This document shows, piece by piece, positions 36,370-46,549 of a stretch of DNA of 64,000 nt. The stretch's first letter is position 1, and each line of letters begins with the position of its first letter. Source of the stretch: a virus. Lineage: Duplodnaviria; Caudoviricetes. Made by a program: the position numbers and the translations under genes. Under the pieces are notes generated by a model. That model worked only from the letters and a program-made list of their open reading frames with translations, did no database searches and was not told where the DNA came from. Location: the IMG/VR virus record IMGVR_UViG_3300043391_000113, positions 660 to 64,659 of that record. One strand, written 5' to 3'.

Positions 36370-38111
36370 GTTACCGTTCCAGTTCCAGATGTAAATGTGT
36401 AAATTTTATACCCAGCCCGACTTGATGTATCGGGCGTTGGTACAGACGGTCCAGTAGTTCCGTTACACACAAGTGAGGAGGTCATTGCAGTGATGCTTGG
36501 CAACGAGCTTGGGTAAGCAATGATTACAACGCCAGAACCACCGTTGCCGCCAGCACCGTCGCTACTTCCGTTATAACCGCCGCCACCACCACCACCGCCA
36601 GTATTTGTAGCTCCAGCACTACCGGCTCCACCTTGACCACCAGCGCCACCAGTTGTTGGAGAAGCTGGTGTAGTAACTGTGCCGGAATAACCGCCGCCGT
36701 TTCTTGCGCCGCCAGAGCCACCACCAGCATAAGTTACTGAAGTGCCAGTAATACTGGATGCAATACCTGCGCCCCCGCCACCAGACGCAGAACCAGAACC
36801 CGCGCCGCCAACTCCAAACGCTCCGCCGCCGCCACCAGAAGGATATGGAGAAGCCGCAGTTGCAAGTCCATTACCTCCAACTTGTCCTTGACCAGCTATG
36901 GCCGTGCCGCCAACAAGACCGTTTATGCCAGCAGTAGCCGCGCCGCCGCCAGAAGCACCAGCTAAACCGTTTGCAGCTCCCCCGCCACCACCGCCACCAC
37001 CGGTTGCGGTAATACTGCTAAATACAGAACTAGAACCATTAGTCCCGCTTCCTTGAGATACTCCTCCGGTCCCGTTTGCGCCAACAGTGATGGTAATTGC
37101 GGAGCCAGAAACAACGCCAAAGTTGCTATGCGCTAAATAACCACCAGCGCCGCCTCCGCCACCTAAACTACCGCCACCGCCTCCGCCACCAACAACAAGC
37201 AAGTCCATGCCGGTAACAGCAAAAGGAAGCGGGGTTGTCCTTGGGGCTAATGTGCTGGTCGTTGTAAACACATGCTCAACAAAGTTACCGGACACATAAA
37301 CCGTGCCACCATCAAAATACTGAGTTGTACCGGGATAGCGAATAACTACGATACCGGAGCCACCTGCTGCCGAAGACCCAGCCGACCGTAGACCGCCACC
37401 GCCGCCACCCGTGTTTGCTTGTCCTGCGATTGGGCCAACACTCCCGGTGCCACCATTACCGCCGCCCCCAACACCGCCAGTTCCTCCAGTTGTATCCGCA
37501 CCGCCACCGCCACCGCCAGCATAAACAACCCTAGTGCCAGTAATATCAGACGCAATACCAGCGCCGCCGTTGCCGCCAACATCAGTTACTGCTTGATTTA
37601 AACCAACTGTTCCGGCTCCACCGCCGCCGCCGCCGTCAAACTGAAAACTGTTATTTGCTACGCCGCCCGCATTACCTTGTCCAGAAATCCCTGCCCCCGC
37701 CGTTCCAGCGGAACCTGCTGTTGCTTGCGCCCCGCCGCCGCCTGACCCACCTGACCCGCCACCGTTTGCGCTTGCTGCCCCAGTGCCAGACCCTCCAAAA
37801 CCACCCCCAGCGGCAACAATTCGTCCCGTAAATGCCCCAGAGCTTGCGGCGTCAAATACAGATGCCTGCCCCGCAGCGCCCCCTGCGCCACCACCACCAA
37901 CAGTTACAAAATAAGAAGCCCCCGGTGCAACGCCAGCATATCCTTGAAGAACTCCACCGCCTCCGCCGCCAGCACCGTTAGAAGTACCACCACCGCCACC
38001 ACCGGCAACAAGCAGATACTCCACAGTCGTTGGAGGCACATTAGTCCATGTCCCTTGCTTAATTGCAAGGGCGACCTGTGAGAGCGTCCAGATACCCGAA
38101 TAGGCGGCCAT
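36363..38111 (-). CDS. Gly-rich fibre-like protein, two Gly-rich domains
   Basis: EYLLVAGGGGGG...GGSGIVVIRYP, then LLVVGGGGGGG...GGSGVVIIAYP. Confidence 0.7.
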   Translation of the reverse strand: MAAYSGIWTLSQVALAIKQGTWTNVPPTTVEYLLVAGGGGGGTSNGAGGGGGGVLQGYAGVAPGASYFVTVGGGGAGGAAGQASVFDAASSGAFTGRIVAAGGGFGGSGTGAASANGGGSGGSGGGGAQATAGSAGTAGAGISGQGNAGGVANNSFQFDGGGGGGAGTVGLNQAVTDVGGNGGAGIASDITGTRVVYAGGGGGGADTTGGTGGVGGGGNGGTGSVGPIAGQANTGGGGGGLRSAGSSAAGGSGIVVIRYPGTTQYFDGGTVYVSGNFVEHVFTTTSTLAPRTTPLPFAVTGMDLLVVGGGGGGGSLGGGGGAGGYLAHSNFGVVSGSAITITVGANGTGGVSQGSGTNGSSSVFSSITATGGGGGGGGAANGLAGASGGGAATAGINGLVGGTAIAGQGQVGGNGLATAASPYPSGGGGGAFGVGGAGSGSASGGGGAGIASSITGTSVTYAGGGSGGARNGGGYSGTVTTPASPTTGGAGGQGGAGSAGATNTGGGGGGGGYNGSSDGAGGNGGSGVVIIAYPSSLPSITAMTSSLVCNGTTGPSVPTPDTSSRAGYKIYTFTSGTGTVTW

Positions 38112-38117
38112 GTGTTT

Positions 38118-38540
38118 TTACTCTGCTGCGGGCGTTTCGACTGGGGCTTCTGCGGGCGTTTCAGCAACAACTTCTTCAACTACTTCTTCAACTACGACAA
38201 ACTCAATCCATGAGGTTGTTGGCTCATCCCAGTTGTAGATTTTACCGTCAGTCGGCATAGGCGTGGGGGCGTTCCACAGACAAGTCTCTTCGTCCAAGAC
38301 CCATGATGGGAATGGAGACGGCGGGATGAAGGCGTCACGCTGTGCGTCGTAAGAAAAACCAATACCGGCGTAGTTTTTACGCAGTGGCGTTCCACCTAAA
38401 AGATGTTTGCCGCCTTGGGTATTGTAGCTGGTCTGAAAATACTCAGCAGGGTCGCCCCAATGACCAAGGTCAAGAACTTCTTTCTCAATGACTATGACGT
38501 TTACAACAACGCCGTTCTGGACTCGTGCAAAATGGCTCAA
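38118..38540 (-). CDS. conserved fibre-associated protein
   Basis: HFARVQNG...QTSYN...LRKNYAGIG...DAFIPP; TTG start with GGAG RBS. Confidence 0.7.
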   Translation of the reverse strand: MSHFARVQNGVVVNVIVIEKEVLDLGHWGDPAEYFQTSYNTQGGKHLLGGTPLRKNYAGIGFSYDAQRDAFIPPSPFPSWVLDEETCLWNAPTPMPTDGKIYNWDEPTTSWIEFVVVEEVVEEVVAETPAEAPVETPAAE

Positions 38541-38550
38541 AATAAACTCC

Positions 38551-39429
38551 TTAGAAAGTAATGGTTCCGGAACTTGTCCAGATATACACACGATAACCGT
38601 TGGCAATACTGCCCTGAACACCTTGGAGAGTGCCCACTACTGATGCCGGGGGGTCAAAGTTTGCTGGGTAACGAATGATAACGATGCCAGAACCGCCGTT
38701 TCCACCTGCCCTACTTACTTTACCCGCTGCGCCGCCGCCACCGGAACCCGAATTAGACAGTGCGCTTGTTGGCGCGGTTTCAGTAGCAGAAACATAACTA
38801 CCGCCATTACCTGCGCCCGCTGCTCCCAAACCCCCTGTTGAAGCGTATGCACCGCCCCCACCGCCTCCGGCATACTGAATTGGACTTCCGGTAATTGTAG
38901 AAACTGTTCCAGTACCGCCGTTTCCTCCGGTAGTCGTTGATGCACCTGTCGTAGAAAGTCCTACGCTTCCAGAGCCACCACCGCCACCGCCAGCATTAGT
39001 TCCGCTTGAAGAAGAACCGCCGCTATTGCCTTGCCCCGCAGTACCTGCGCCCCCTGCGCCAGTGCTTCCACCTCCACCACCAGAACCACCAGCACCACCG
39101 GCGGCGTTATAAAGACCGCCTGCGCCACCTCCTGAACAAGATATTGTCGTACCGCCAGCAATACTTGAAGTGGAACCTTGCGTCCCAGCACCAGTAGAAC
39201 CAGACGCTCCGCCACCCACAGTAATAGTGATTGACGAACCAACAGTGACGTTAAACCCGGAAGCAGATAAAAGACCGCCGCCACCACCGCCGCCACACCC
39301 GTTTGTATCCGCCGCAACGCCAGCACCAGACCCCCCGCCAGCGACGATAAGGTACTCAATCGTTGGGGTAGGTCCAGCAAACGGGTTGTATGTTGCGGAG
39401 TTGAACCCGCCAAGCAGCGTAATACTCAT
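38551..39429 (-). CDS. Gly-rich fibre-like protein
   Basis: EYLIVAGGGSG...GGSGIVIIRYP...WTSSGTITF. Confidence 0.7.
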   Translation of the reverse strand: MSITLLGGFNSATYNPFAGPTPTIEYLIVAGGGSGAGVAADTNGCGGGGGGGLLSASGFNVTVGSSITITVGGGASGSTGAGTQGSTSSIAGGTTISCSGGGAGGLYNAAGGAGGSGGGGGSTGAGGAGTAGQGNSGGSSSSGTNAGGGGGGSGSVGLSTTGASTTTGGNGGTGTVSTITGSPIQYAGGGGGGAYASTGGLGAAGAGNGGSYVSATETAPTSALSNSGSGGGGAAGKVSRAGGNGGSGIVIIRYPANFDPPASVVGTLQGVQGSIANGYRVYIWTSSGTITF

Positions 39430-41021
39430 ACTGTGAACGTCCCCGTAGCTGTACCACCCGCCGATACCGTGGGTGCCCATGTGTAAACGCGGTTCTTATA
39501 CCCAAGCCCTGTGGCAAAGGGAGACTGTTGGTTCCAAACAGGCACAACTGACGGGGAGGGCGGTGCAACAGGGGCATAACTGTTTGTTGAACCATCAGCC
39601 AAATACGAACCCGACACAGAACCTAAAAGCAACGAAGTTTGTGTACCTGTGATTGCGGCAATGTTAGTCCCTGCCGATTGAGTCACTTGTAAAGGAGAAG
39701 TTGGCGGAGTAAACGTACCCGTATAAACACCAACACCTTTGACTACACGCAAGTTAGAAATATACCCGTTTATGTAAGCACCAATAGCAGTACCGTTTGC
39801 ACCAATCACAGGAGAAGCAGCGCCACAAGTGTAACTTGTTGAATCAGAGTAAGTGGAACCAGTTTGTGTACCATTGAGGTACATTTTTGTACTGCTGGAT
39901 ATTCTGCATACGGCTATGTGATACCACTGGCCTGTAGATAAAGCGGAACCGGTAATCCTATCTGCGCTATTGCCAAAATACAATAAAGTACCGCCGGAAT
40001 TAAAATAAATTAGCGGTCCGTTTCCTGATGGAGTGGAATCTCTGCTTTCATAAATAGTTGGGCTTCCGGAAAAAGCGTTTGCATAGAACCAACACTCAAT
40101 TGTGAAATCACCAGTACCGAATACAAACGGGGTTTGCCCAGCGTACCTAAAACACTGACTGCTTCCATTAAAACTAATACTCCCCGACCCGCTGGTGCTT
40201 ACCGTTGGTGAGGTTGCCCCGCCCGTGGTCAGTGCTGGGTAGATGTCTGGGTAACTGATAATGACAATACCGGAGCCGCCTGCTGCGCCGCTTGCTGCGG
40301 CGTTCCCCCCTCCGCCACCACCTGTGCTTGCTTGACCGGCAGTTGCTGCGGTTGAAGTGTTTTGGTTTGCGCCATTCCCCCCGCCACCTGCTCCACCCGG
40401 AGCCGTAAAGTTTACAGAGCTATGGCTTGCGCCACCACCACCACCACCATAGGGAGTGACTGTCCCAGAAATAGCGGAAGAAATCCCTGCTCCACCGCTG
40501 CCACCATAGGCAAAAGTTCCACCACCATTTGGACTTAACCCAACAGTACCAGCACCACCGCCGCCAGCACCACCATAAGGATACGTTGCTGTTCCGCTTA
40601 CAGCCGCACTACCGCCAGCATTGCCTTGCCCAAATACTCCTTGACCGCCCGGAAGTCCAGTTCCGCTTGATGCTTGACCTCCGCCGCCACCCGAAGCACC
40701 TGCTGAACCTGCTCCACCATAGGTTCCGCCAGCACCTCCGCCAACGGCAGTAACAGAACCAATTAATGAGTTTTGCCCTGATGTGCTGTATGCGCCACCA
40801 CCACCAATAGTTACTGTGTAAGAAGTTCCAGTTGTGACAGGTAGCAGCCCAGTGACTACACCGCCTCCGCCGCCTCCGCCACAAGATGCCGAACCCTGTC
40901 CGCCACCACCCCCACCACCGGCAACAACCAAATACTCGACGTATGGCGTTTTAGTTCCGGGCCAGTTCTTACTCAACAACCCTCTAAGTTGTTGGCGCAG
41001 GGTGAATATTCCGATAGCCAT
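39426..41021 (-). CDS. Gly-rich protein with ConA/LamG-like lectin domain
   Basis: EYLVVAGGGGG domain plus DFTIECWFY...QWYHIAVCR...YINGYISNLRVVKG. Confidence 0.75.
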   Translation of the reverse strand: MAIGIFTLRQQLRGLLSKNWPGTKTPYVEYLVVAGGGGGGGQGSASCGGGGGGGVVTGLLPVTTGTSYTVTIGGGGAYSTSGQNSLIGSVTAVGGGAGGTYGGAGSAGASGGGGGQASSGTGLPGGQGVFGQGNAGGSAAVSGTATYPYGGAGGGGAGTVGLSPNGGGTFAYGGSGGAGISSAISGTVTPYGGGGGGASHSSVNFTAPGGAGGGGNGANQNTSTAATAGQASTGGGGGGNAAASGAAGGSGIVIISYPDIYPALTTGGATSPTVSTSGSGSISFNGSSQCFRYAGQTPFVFGTGDFTIECWFYANAFSGSPTIYESRDSTPSGNGPLIYFNSGGTLLYFGNSADRITGSALSTGQWYHIAVCRISSSTKMYLNGTQTGSTYSDSTSYTCGAASPVIGANGTAIGAYINGYISNLRVVKGVGVYTGTFTPPTSPLQVTQSAGTNIAAITGTQTSLLLGSVSGSYLADGSTNSYAPVAPPSPSVVPVWNQQSPFATGLGYKNRVYTWAPTVSAGGTATGTFTV

Positions 41022-41022
41022 A

Positions 41023-41889
41023 TTAGAAAGTGATTGAGCCAGAAGAAACCCATACATACACACGGTATGGGCCAGAAATGTATGTGTTTGCGCCGACTGC
41101 CGTGGGTGCCGGGGCTAGATACGCTGGGTAACGGATAACTACAATGCCACTGCCGCCTGCTCCTGCGGGGCCACCTGAAGTCACCCAAGCGCCGCCGCCA
41201 CCACCACCGCCTGTGTTAGCAAACCCAGCAGCACCAGCCGCAGGACCCGGACCACCACCTGCTCCGCCGCCACCTCCAGAACCAAGACCGCCAGCTACGT
41301 TCTGACCACCGCCACCTCCACCGCCAGCGTAAAAAATTTGTGCGCCAGTGATAGAAGATGCCAATCCAGTGCCGCCAGACCCGCCGGTAGTTAAACTTGG
41401 TCCTGTTCCTGTAGAACCTGCACCACCACCGCCACCCCCGTTTGCCCCACCGCTTGAGTTCCCTTGAACTCCAGCGTTACCTTGACCCGCCGTTCCAGTT
41501 CCGGCGGTTCCACTACTAACACTATATCCACCACCGCCAGAACCACCGCTGGTTCCAGTAGTCCCAGTTGCCGCTCCACGACCGCCGCCAATAGCAGTAA
41601 TGACTGAGGAAGACGAACTTAAAACAGAATGTGAACCGTTTGTGCCTGCGGTATCAGAACTTCCAGAACCCCCATTCCCGCCGCCACCTACAGTAACAGT
41701 GATGGCTGACCCCGCAACAACAGGGTACCCGGTTCCAGTTAATAAACCTCCAGCACCCCCGCCGCCACCTCCACCGCCAATTGCGCCACCACCCCCACCA
41801 GCAACTACCAAATACTCAATGGTAGTTACGGGCGTACTTAGCCCGTCAACGGTATCGGAGAGAATCCCACCCGTGTAGCGAATGGACAT
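41023..41889 (-). CDS. Gly-rich fibre-like protein
   Basis: EYLVVAGGGGG...GGSGIVVIRYP...WVSSGSITF. Confidence 0.7.
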   Translation of the reverse strand: MSIRYTGGILSDTVDGLSTPVTTIEYLVVAGGGGGAIGGGGGGGGAGGLLTGTGYPVVAGSAITVTVGGGGNGGSGSSDTAGTNGSHSVLSSSSSVITAIGGGRGAATGTTGTSGGSGGGGYSVSSGTAGTGTAGQGNAGVQGNSSGGANGGGGGGAGSTGTGPSLTTGGSGGTGLASSITGAQIFYAGGGGGGGQNVAGGLGSGGGGGAGGGPGPAAGAAGFANTGGGGGGGAWVTSGGPAGAGGSGIVVIRYPAYLAPAPTAVGANTYISGPYRVYVWVSSGSITF

Positions 41890-41891
41890 GA

Positions 41892-42284
41892 TTAGCTGAT
41901 GTTTTCGTAGCTGACGGTGAAGGTCAATGCACTACCAGTGCTTGACGTAATAGAGATTGAAGTTCCTTCCATCAGGTAAAAGGAAGTGGATTTGTCCACA
42001 GCCACCAGCGAAGCATTTGGTGGAACTGATACCGCGCTAACAATTGGATAAGCCGTGCCGCCAGCAGGAGCAGAACCTTGAGCGACTGCGCCGTTGGTGT
42101 AGATACTTACTGTTGCGCTTGCTGCGGATGAAGTGGTGTTTGATACAACCACATTCTCAATCTTGTAGACCAGACCACTTGATGCAGCATTAGGTACAAG
42201 AACAACCGCAGTAGTACCGGACGGGGTGTAATACGTCGTGGTGCCGTAAATGGCACTGACGTTAACAATATTTGGATTTGCCAT
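41892..42284 (-). CDS. conserved virion protein
   Basis: MANPNIVNV..., beta-rich. Confidence 0.65.
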   Translation of the reverse strand: MANPNIVNVSAIYGTTTYYTPSGTTAVVLVPNAASSGLVYKIENVVVSNTTSSAASATVSIYTNGAVAQGSAPAGGTAYPIVSAVSVPPNASLVAVDKSTSFYLMEGTSISITSSTGSALTFTVSYENIS

Positions 42285-42293
42285 CTGAGTTCC

Positions 42294-42812
42294 TTAACTA
42301 AATACGATGGCAACGGCAATTGCCTTGCCTGTTGATGCGCCCGTGCCAGTCAACGTCCCTGAAGCCAACGACAAAGACCCCGCTACAGCAATCTCTTCTG
42401 CTACGCCCGTTGCCGCCCCAGTCACAGTACCACCTGAAGTGTAAGCTGTGTATGAAGTGGTGTTTAAAGCAGACCCTTGGAAGATAACCGTGAACGTCGT
42501 CGTCAGCGGGGTTGTATTAACAACGTAGGTATTCCCGTTGACTTGGGTCATACCCACAACACCAGAGATGGTTACCAACTGACCAACCGTTAACCCGTGC
42601 GCCCCGGTTGTCGTAAACACCCCCGGATTTGCCTGACTAATCCCAGACAAAGACGATGGCGTTGTTGAACCAATCGTGGAGGTTCTCCCAAACAGCTTTG
42701 GGGAACCAATAGCAAGAACGTGGTCAGAGTTCCAATTTGATGGCTGGACTAGAGTTGCGTCCGTACCATCAAGCTTTCCACTGCCAAAGCCGTGTTTAAG
42801 GGAGATAGCCAT
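42294..42812 (-). CDS. virion protein with E1-FCCH-like beta domain
   Basis: ISQANPGVFTTTGAHGLTVGQLVTISGVVGMTQVNG. Confidence 0.6.
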   Translation of the reverse strand: MAISLKHGFGSGKLDGTDATLVQPSNWNSDHVLAIGSPKLFGRTSTIGSTTPSSLSGISQANPGVFTTTGAHGLTVGQLVTISGVVGMTQVNGNTYVVNTTPLTTTFTVIFQGSALNTTSYTAYTSGGTVTGAATGVAEEIAVAGSLSLASGTLTGTGASTGKAIAVAIVFS

Positions 42813-43300
42813 TATGCAATCCGAAGAATCGCCGTAGAACCAACTGGGCCACTGCCGATTGCCGGGAACTGAATCGTGAAGTTTGACGCGCTCGATGACT
42901 TGTCAGAACCAAAGTCCAAAATTGCAATCACAGGTTTAACAACTGAAGCTCCGCCAATCGTTAGGGTGCTGTTCTTGTAAATCAACGCACCGCGAGCGGT
43001 AATCGTTGCGGTCGTCCAAGTGGTATCAGCAAAATTGATGTACGCAGTTGTACTAGCGGTGAAAGGAGAAAGCGGTGCTGGAACACTGGCAGAAACGGTT
43101 AAAAGGTTTCCACCTGCCGTATAACCTGTACCAACCACTTCGTTAGTGGCTGTGTATGCGCTAGTTGTTGCGTCAAACGTTGCCGAGTTAGTATACAGAG
43201 CAATGTAGTATGCGTCGCCGGTGCCGGGAGTAAACGAAAACACCCCGTTCAGCAATCCAACCTTGAATGAGGTTGGCATGTAGTTACCAGTAAAAGCCAT
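42812..43300 (-). CDS. conserved virion protein
   Basis: SFKVGLL...IALYT...LDFGSDK. Confidence 0.65.
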   Translation of the reverse strand: MAFTGNYMPTSFKVGLLNGVFSFTPGTGDAYYIALYTNSATFDATTSAYTATNEVVGTGYTAGGNLLTVSASVPAPLSPFTASTTAYINFADTTWTTATITARGALIYKNSTLTIGGASVVKPVIAILDFGSDKSSSASNFTIQFPAIGSGPVGSTAILRIA

Positions 43301-43315
43301 GAGAAACTCCTAAGA

Positions 43316-43966
43316 TTAAGTGACTGCTTGCCGATATTGGCCGGAACGATAGGCATCCTGCCTTTCAAGACCATCGCCCAGACGCTTGGCAAGCGCCAGT
43401 GCTTCCTTGTACTTGCCATCATACAACGCCATCATGTCGTTTTCACCTTTCATGTAAGTGTAGGCTTCGACAAGCGATCCGTACAACAGCACCGTATCAA
43501 AGTTATCCCCCAGCCAGCTTGTTCCAGCCGTGACAATTGACTCTGGGTAATAAAAATAGTGTAGCTCGACGTTATACACAGCATCCGGTGTTGGTCCCAG
43601 AATGAAGGTCAACTCCGTTAGCAATGAAGACTGTGGCCCAAACAAAGCGTAGTACTTTGGCAGCGCCGTGTCAGTTGGCTGCGGGTACGCTTCGCGGATA
43701 AAGTTAACATCCTTATTCAGCAGGTACGTGTATTCCCCGTTTGTTGGGAACACTGCCATCGAGTACACAGACAGAAAGTCTTGTGGGCAAGCAAGGTATT
43801 TGTTGCTTGCAGTAGTCAGGCCGGTCACGTTGCGACGTAGTGATGGGAACTGAATCGTGTTGTAGATGCGCTGCTCCGCCTGCTTAATGAACGTGTCCAT
43901 GTCCACAGTCGGAAACGTGTTCTCCGTATAGTCGGAGACCGCAACTACAAGCTGGGCATAGTTCAC
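43316..43966 (-). CDS. head-tail adaptor / tail tubular protein-like
   Basis: MNYAQL...FIKQAEQRIY...LLYGSLVEAY. Confidence 0.6.
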   Translation of the reverse strand: MNYAQLVVAVSDYTENTFPTVDMDTFIKQAEQRIYNTIQFPSLRRNVTGLTTASNKYLACPQDFLSVYSMAVFPTNGEYTYLLNKDVNFIREAYPQPTDTALPKYYALFGPQSSLLTELTFILGPTPDAVYNVELHYFYYPESIVTAGTSWLGDNFDTVLLYGSLVEAYTYMKGENDMMALYDGKYKEALALAKRLGDGLERQDAYRSGQYRQAVT

Positions 43967-44232
43967 GCCATCGGTCCCCGAGACATCGTACCTTTAGTAG
44001 CACAGCCGGTCCCACGCATTTTTATGCCGGTGGTCTTGACTTCAGCGTATGGTTTGCTGCGAGCCGCGCCAATGCTGACAGCCATATCCTCAAGCTTTTC
44101 ACGCTTGGCGTTAGTGCCATAGCCGTTGTTGCTCAAGTCCGTCCCAGCTTTGCCCGTCATGTCGTGGGGTTCTGCGTAAACAGCAGCGGGGCCAACTTCT
44201 TTGCCGCTTTTTTTCATGCTGAAAGTAGCCAT
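43963..44232 (-). CDS. small late protein
   Basis: C-terminal GIKMRGTGCATKG. Confidence 0.65.
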   Translation of the reverse strand: MATFSMKKSGKEVGPAAVYAEPHDMTGKAGTDLSNNGYGTNAKREKLEDMAVSIGAARSKPYAEVKTTGIKMRGTGCATKGTMSRGPMA

Positions 44233-44384
44233 TACCGACTCCGCTGGTTTGCCGCCCGAGCCATGTTACGGCCCATTTTCTTCATGGCAAGGGAGGTTAC
44301 CCCACCCTTCTTCATACCATGCAACCGCTTCTCGTGGGCTTTCACCTCCGTATCAGCAATGCGTTTGACTTCCTTCTTGTCCAT
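44232..44384 (-). CDS. small basic late protein (50 aa)
   Basis: MDKKEVKRIADTEVKAHEKRLHGMKKGG...; GGAG RBS. Confidence 0.65.
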   Translation of the reverse strand: MDKKEVKRIADTEVKAHEKRLHGMKKGGVTSLAMKKMGRNMARAANQRSR

Positions 44385-44392
44385 GATGACTC

Positions 44393-44815
44393 CTATGTCG
44401 TCACAACCGTAACTGTACCAATTTGACCCTGTAAAACCAAGTTGTTTGGGGTTAAACCAAAATCTCTTGGCCCACCAACAGGATTCCAGCCCCACTGAAT
44501 AACCCTACTTCCACCTTCAGGATACCCAACCGAATCGGGGGCTGTTGTAGAAGTAAGCGCAATCTGCAATCCGCTTGTGCCAGATTGGTAGTAGCTCAAA
44601 TCAGGACGTGGTTCACGAACCGCTTGTGGGTCGTACACAGGATACATACCAAGCTGTAGCTGCGGGTGGTCTGGATTCCAACACTCCGGGCAAGCCTTGA
44701 TACTAACCTGTTTTGTCTTGATTGTGAGCTTGCGAAGCTCCTTCAATTTGTACCGCTGGCCACATATATCGCACTCCGCGATACTGAATTTGCCAGAAGC
44801 GTATTTCGTGGACAT
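44393..44815 (-). CDS. Zn-finger-containing late protein
   Basis: CDICG...CPECWNPDHPQL. Confidence 0.65.
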   Translation of the reverse strand: MSTKYASGKFSIAECDICGQRYKLKELRKLTIKTKQVSIKACPECWNPDHPQLQLGMYPVYDPQAVREPRPDLSYYQSGTSGLQIALTSTTAPDSVGYPEGGSRVIQWGWNPVGGPRDFGLTPNNLVLQGQIGTVTVVTT

Positions 44816-45537
44816 TAGTAGAACAAGACTCGCGGTACATAGCGATTGTTCGCTTTTTCGCGGTCCTCGTCAGCGGCGAGTTGGAACTGCTGTTCGTACT
44901 CCGCCTTCAATCCCGTAGCCCGCTGCATATCAATATTAGGCAGCTTCATTGACAGGTAGTACGCCAGCCCCGCAACCATGCAGTTGAGGAACCGGAATGG
45001 AATATCTTGAGTCTTGACGCCGGTCCCAGCATCTTGGATACGCCGCATACGCCAATACACAAACGTGTAATAGGGAGATGCTTGGCTACCTAGGTCTGGC
45101 GAAGGCCACACATTGATCTGTGGATACTGCACGCCACTGGGAGTGGTAGCTCCCGAACGTCGATTGACCCAGACCTGAATTGGCCGACCAGTCGCGTTTT
45201 TGTTTGGAATCGTGGAGTACGTAGACTCTGAGATACGATTGATGTTCAGATCTTGTTGATTTAATCCCGTACCTGTACGGGTTACTTGGTCCAACAGATC
45301 AATCGTATCTACAGGCAAATCATAGGTGATAGTTCCCATGTATAGCGGGATACTGCCCTGCTCAATTGTCCAGAGATTGATGCCCCGGTTTGCCCACTCA
45401 ATCGTTAGCAGATTGAGGGAACGGCGAGCAGTACGAAAGTCGTAGCCGCTACGAAGCTCTTGCCCACAACGCTCAAACGCTTCTTCAATAAGATCGTTTA
45501 TATCAAGATTGAAGGAGGACGTGCCGGTAGTCGTCAT
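44815..45537 (-). CDS. head-tail adaptor / tail tubular protein-like
   Basis: DLIEEAFERCG...ARRSLNLL..EWANRGINLWT...GLAYYL. Confidence 0.6.
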   Translation of the reverse strand: MTTTGTSSFNLDINDLIEEAFERCGQELRSGYDFRTARRSLNLLTIEWANRGINLWTIEQGSIPLYMGTITYDLPVDTIDLLDQVTRTGTGLNQQDLNINRISESTYSTIPNKNATGRPIQVWVNRRSGATTPSGVQYPQINVWPSPDLGSQASPYYTFVYWRMRRIQDAGTGVKTQDIPFRFLNCMVAGLAYYLSMKLPNIDMQRATGLKAEYEQQFQLAADEDREKANNRYVPRVLFY

Positions 45538-45770
45538 TATCTGAACCTAGCTGTTTTCTTTGCTATCGACTTTGGCTGTGCTACAAACTGTTTGCCAGAT
45601 GCTTTACCAGCACGTTTGGCTTTGGTTGTTGCGGCGTATTCTGCGGGGCTAAGACTTGCAATCGCCTTCTCAGGCAAGTACCTTTCTCCAGTTTTACTGG
45701 ATGGTTTGCCACTCTTGGTGCGCCACTTCTGGTCGCCCCAATCTTTAAGAGACTGCTGAGGTGGTTTCAA
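45537..45770 (-). CDS. small basic late protein
   Basis: QSLKDWGDQKWRTKSGKPSSKTGERYLP. Confidence 0.7.
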   Translation of the reverse strand: MKPPQQSLKDWGDQKWRTKSGKPSSKTGERYLPEKAIASLSPAEYAATTKAKRAGKASGKQFVAQPKSIAKKTARFR

Positions 45771-46045
45771 TCTCTGTACCCCCCACCCGCCGCCTTATAC
45801 TTCTTGGCAACAAGTTGGGCTTTGCGAGCAGACCACTGTCCTGCTCCGGTGCCTTGAGTTGCCGCAGCTTTTACTTGAGACACAATCCGCTTACGTAGAC
45901 TGGGTTTCGTGTAGTTGCCAGCGGCATTTACTTTACCACCTTCCGCATACATATCCACAGTGTTGGGATCATCCTTGCGGGTAATCTCACGCTTTTTGGG
46001 CATTTTGCTGGGGGCAATCGCCCCCATACCCCGGCTGGGCATCAT
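45767..46045 (-). CDS. small basic late protein
   Basis: YAEGG...GQWSARKAQL. Confidence 0.7.
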   Translation of the reverse strand: MMPSRGMGAIAPSKMPKKREITRKDDPNTVDMYAEGGKVNAAGNYTKPSLRKRIVSQVKAAATQGTGAGQWSARKAQLVAKKYKAAGGGYRD

Positions 46046-46266
46046 ACAAATTTGCCTCGGGTTTTACCCCGCTGCGCACACCCATCCGCACGAGAAGAAG
46101 CGGAAGAAACTTTGCCACCTTTGTTCATATAACTAGGTTTCTTGCGCTTCTCTTCTTCCTCGTCTTCTTGGTCATTTGAGATCTCATTGGCAACTGGGCC
46201 TAAGATACCGTTTTCAGCCAAGGTCCTTCTGATATGCAACGGATCAATGATGTCGATGTATTTCAT
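46042..46266 (-). CDS. small late protein with shared C-terminal tag
   Basis: MNKGGKVSSASSRADGCAQRGKTRGKFV. Confidence 0.7.
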   Translation of the reverse strand: MKYIDIIDPLHIRRTLAENGILGPVANEISNDQEDEEEEKRKKPSYMNKGGKVSSASSRADGCAQRGKTRGKFV

Positions 46267-46547
46267 TACACAATCCTTCCACGAGTTTTACCGCGTTGTG
46301 CACAACCATCAGCACGGGAAGAAGCCGTTCCACCAGCCGCCATTTTCTTTGGCTTTTTGATGTTTTTTGTTGGGCCTTCGTCTGGCATGGGGGGTTGTCC
46401 CATGTCAGCCGTATAAATATCGGCCTGACCTTCCCGTTTCTTGGGCTTAGGCGGAGTCGGTGGAGGCGTTGAAGTCGTTGGACCTTCGTCTGGCATGGGG
46501 GGTTGCCCCATCTTAGCCGTGTAGATTTCAGCTTGTCCGGTAGCCAT
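46266..46547 (-). CDS. Pro-rich late protein with internal duplication and shared C-terminal tag
   Basis: GQAxIYTAxMGQPPMPDEGPT twice; MAAGGTASSRADGCAQRGKTRGRIV. Confidence 0.7.
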   Translation of the reverse strand: MATGQAEIYTAKMGQPPMPDEGPTTSTPPPTPPKPKKREGQADIYTADMGQPPMPDEGPTKNIKKPKKMAAGGTASSRADGCAQRGKTRGRIV

Positions 46548-46549
46548 GA

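Noticed and set aside
32842-41878. Many Val/Ala/Leu-rich or Pro-rich short ORFs over the Gly-rich genes
   Set aside because: By-products of GGN codon runs in shifted or antisense frames
32612-41889. Diversity-generating retroelement or invertible fibre cassette
   Set aside because: No reverse transcriptase, recombinase, TR/VR pair or inverted crossover sites seen
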